Assembly (NCBI GenBank): GCA_949358305.1
Contig: OX442314.1
Span: 23,498,001 to 23,562,000 of the forward strand
From: Strigamia acuminata
Taxonomy: Eukaryota
Length of the DNA: 64,000 nucleotides
Reading direction: 5' to 3'
A program made the translations under genes and the position numbers. Shown one piece after another: positions 61,316-64,000 of the stretch. The first letter of the stretch is position 1. Each line of letters starts with the position of its first letter. The notes beneath the pieces are model-generated. The model was not told the DNA's origin and made no database searches. It saw only the letters and a program-made list of their open reading frames with translations.

Positions 61316-61593
61316 TTGAAATTGAACGAGCCGAGTGTGTATTTAAAGTGCTTGTGAGTCACGAGCGAACGATTTGGTTTGTTTAAACTGGTCGACTGAT
61401 TTATTTAGAAAGTTCTGCTGTTTAAATAAGACGAATTAAACAGAACGTTGAGTGGACGTGATTCCCTAAAGCAAACGAACTGTGGACGTGATGCCAGGCG
61501 AGAGGTGACCGGATGTCACAGTGCTAAAGCCAATATTGGCCTAATATTGGTAGGCTACAAGAACGTATTGCTAGCTGATCGATTTTTACACAT

Positions 61594-61795
61594 GCCGCAT
61601 TTGCGCGATCGAATACAGCTAAACACCCGCCGTATTTGGGCGATCGAATACAGCCAAACACCCGCCGCATTTGCGCGATCGAATACAGCTAAACACCCGC
61701 CGTATTTGGGCGATCGAATACAGCCAAACACCGGCCGTATTTGGGCGATCGAATGCGGCGGATGTTTGGCTGCATTCGATCGCGCAAATGCGGGC
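61594..61795. repeat. 35-bp tandem repeat (~4.5 units, two alternating variants) followed by one inverted unit
   Basis: GCCG(C/T)ATTTG(C/G)GCGATCGAATACAGC(T/C)AAACACCC; inverted GCGGCGGATGTTTGGCTGCATTCGATCGCGCAAATGCGG. Confidence 0.9.
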
Positions 61796-64000
61796 AGTGT
61801 TTGGTCGGTTCTCAGGTCTTAAAAAAATAAATAATAATTGAAATTGAACGAGCCGAGTGTGTATTTAAAGTATTTAAAGCAAACGAACTATGGACGTGAT
61901 GCCAGACGGATGTCACAGCGCTAAAGCCAATATTGGCTATAATTGGTAGGTTACAAAAACGTATTGCTAGCTGACTCCGACTGGTCCGCAACACACGCAA
62001 CACACGCTGCTGGTTTTAATTCAAAGTTATCTTTATTTGTAATTCTAACTGGTTATGTAGTGCAATCGTCAGCTCCTATTGGCTGTTTAAAATAAAACGT
62101 TATTGAGACGTTCTCGTCTCCTTCCCATTCTCGTGTTCGTCTCGTCTCGTGTTCCTCAGGAACCCGAAAATTCTACAATTCATTAGTTCGAGACCAGCAG
62201 GACATGAACAGTGTTACACAACAATTTAGAACCCAAACGGACTCAGCATCGAACGGAATCACATGTGCGAGGTCAAGTTAAACTTTCCATTCGATATCGA
62301 TGCGAGTAACCTTGTATGTATATAAATATAACGCCTCACGCAGCACGTAAAACGTATTTACACGACATTTTTACTGAAATAAAAGTTTGAAATTAAACAA
62401 AAAGCAATTTGAGGCACAAAACTGTGCATTTAAGTGCAAAAATTCATACTTTTGGCTTAAATTTTGAAACTTGTATAAACAATGCCGTGTGGGTCCAAAA
62501 AACGCTTAAATAAATGAAAAATGAATTTTAAAATGAATTTTTGTTACAGGCATCGAGTAACAGCACCGGACATTACGTTTACTTCACCAAACATAAAACG
62601 AAGATAGTACGACGGACAACGCACCCGAAATTTATGGAAGATACATATTTTTAATATTGTGTAAATTATTATGTCTATACATTAATGCTTCTTTTTGGAA
62701 AGGAGATCGAAAAAACCGTTAATAAAACTTCTGTTATTCTATATTATGGAATGGATTTTTTTGTGTTAATAAAATAAATTTTAGAAATTTTTCTAATATT
62801 TGAATTAATAATCATTTGGATTGAAATGAGCACGGTGCTTTTGTAGAAGCGCGCAAAGCATTGCGGAGTACCTGCTCTGCACGCAGGAGCAGCAAGCGGT
62901 ACAGCCAATCTAGCTGCCTGATTTAACATTGTTGTCCCAAGAGCAGCAATCGGAAATGTAGAAAGCGGCGCCTAATCGCTTCAAACAACACGTTTTTGAA
63001 AAGTTTAATTCTTTTCATCACATATTGTCTATGTTATTATTCATTAAGCAGAGCCGGCTTGTGGGTCTTGCAAAAAATGTTTTTATTTTGGCAAAGTATT
63101 TTTTATCCCAAAAAGTTCATTTGTAAAGTAGATTGTCTCTAAAAAGAGTCTATTGCAGCACATGATAATGCATTTATTTGCCTAAAAATGTCTAAAAATG
63201 CATTTATTTTCGCCAGGTCGCTTACTACGACAAGACTGAAACGTTGCAAATGAGATTGCACAAATTTTGACAATTTTGCATTAAAATGACCCAAAAAAAA
63301 TGCATTTTTACACGCAGATTGCAATTTGTCTGTCGAAAGAAACGTTTTCTAGTGGTTTCTGCAGATGATGATGTTAATCTGAGCCAGCCATTTGATCTCT
63401 CTCGTTTACAATGCTACATGAAATACGGATTGCCGAAACGGGACTCAATTTTAAGATACAATCGGACTCTCCAACCCAGCTGGGTTTTGGAACACTAAAA
63501 AAACAAAAGCCGCATTGAACTTTACAAGTGTAGGGCCATCCACGTATTTGAAATGTTTCGCAACACCAAAATATAGTAGGCACTTGATTCAAAATTTGAT
63601 CGTGAAGATGGTGATGAGGAAACTGAAGTGTTTCATTATTGAACATTGCAATTATTGCACTAGAATGCAGAGAATTCTCCGCATTCATCGAGGTTTGATA
63701 ACCGATCGAATGATTTGATTTTTTGACGTTTTTGATGGATTTAAATGTGAAAAAAAGTTATTTTTGGTTGGAAAATATCGATTTGAGCTCGAATTTTGAT
63801 GAATTTGTTATGAAAATGTGAATTTTTGATGGTTTTTAACACTTTTAACCGATTTACATTCTGATTAATGTGGATACGTTTAGGAATTGTTCCATTTATG
63901 GTTTGTTTTGGCCAATCATGCGCTGTTTAGTTTCGTACTGACAATTTTGCATTAAAATAGCACGAAAAAATGCATTTTTACACGCAGATTTCAATTTGTA

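Noticed and set aside
60634..61357. 189-aa and 216-aa repetitive ORFs as proteins
   Set aside because: By-products of a stop-free 54-bp (multiple of 3) repeat unit.
61986..62003. CGCAACA as the outer end of the missing 5' LTR
   Set aside because: No similarity to 47510-48688 beyond 7 bp and no (A)AAGG TSD.
63269..64000. ~60-bp direct repeat at 63269 and 63940 as LTRs
   Set aside because: No TG..CA, PBS or PPT, and the second copy is cut by the window edge; cannot be interpreted.

Overview
AT-rich eukaryotic DNA, most likely arthropod (ionotropic-receptor genes with 55-70 nt introns, a TTAGG tract). 1-35 kb is essentially non-coding and strewn with short non-autonomous DNA transposons (Tc1/mariner-pogo, hAT-Charlie, PIF/Harbinger, Helentron/DINE-like). 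36-43.3 kb is a minus-strand tandem cluster of divergent ionotropic receptor (IR) genes: one apparently intact, one frameshifted and one probable relic. 42.6-62 kb is a pile of largely nested elements: a solo LTR, a CR1-like LINE fragment and a plus-strand single-ORF Ty3/gypsy element. That gypsy element is interrupted in RT by a large minus-strand Ty3/gypsy element. The latter is the most unusual object here. It has an intact pol behind a canonical -1 frameshift signal and, between pol and the 3' LTR, two non-env accessory ORFs (89 aa and 891 aa), each just behind a candidate splice acceptor. That accessory block is tandemly duplicated (3158 bp, near identical). Its gag is cut off by a sequence carrying a 54-bp double-palindrome array with AAAB higher-order structure. 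All calls come from reading the sequence by eye; no database searches were run.
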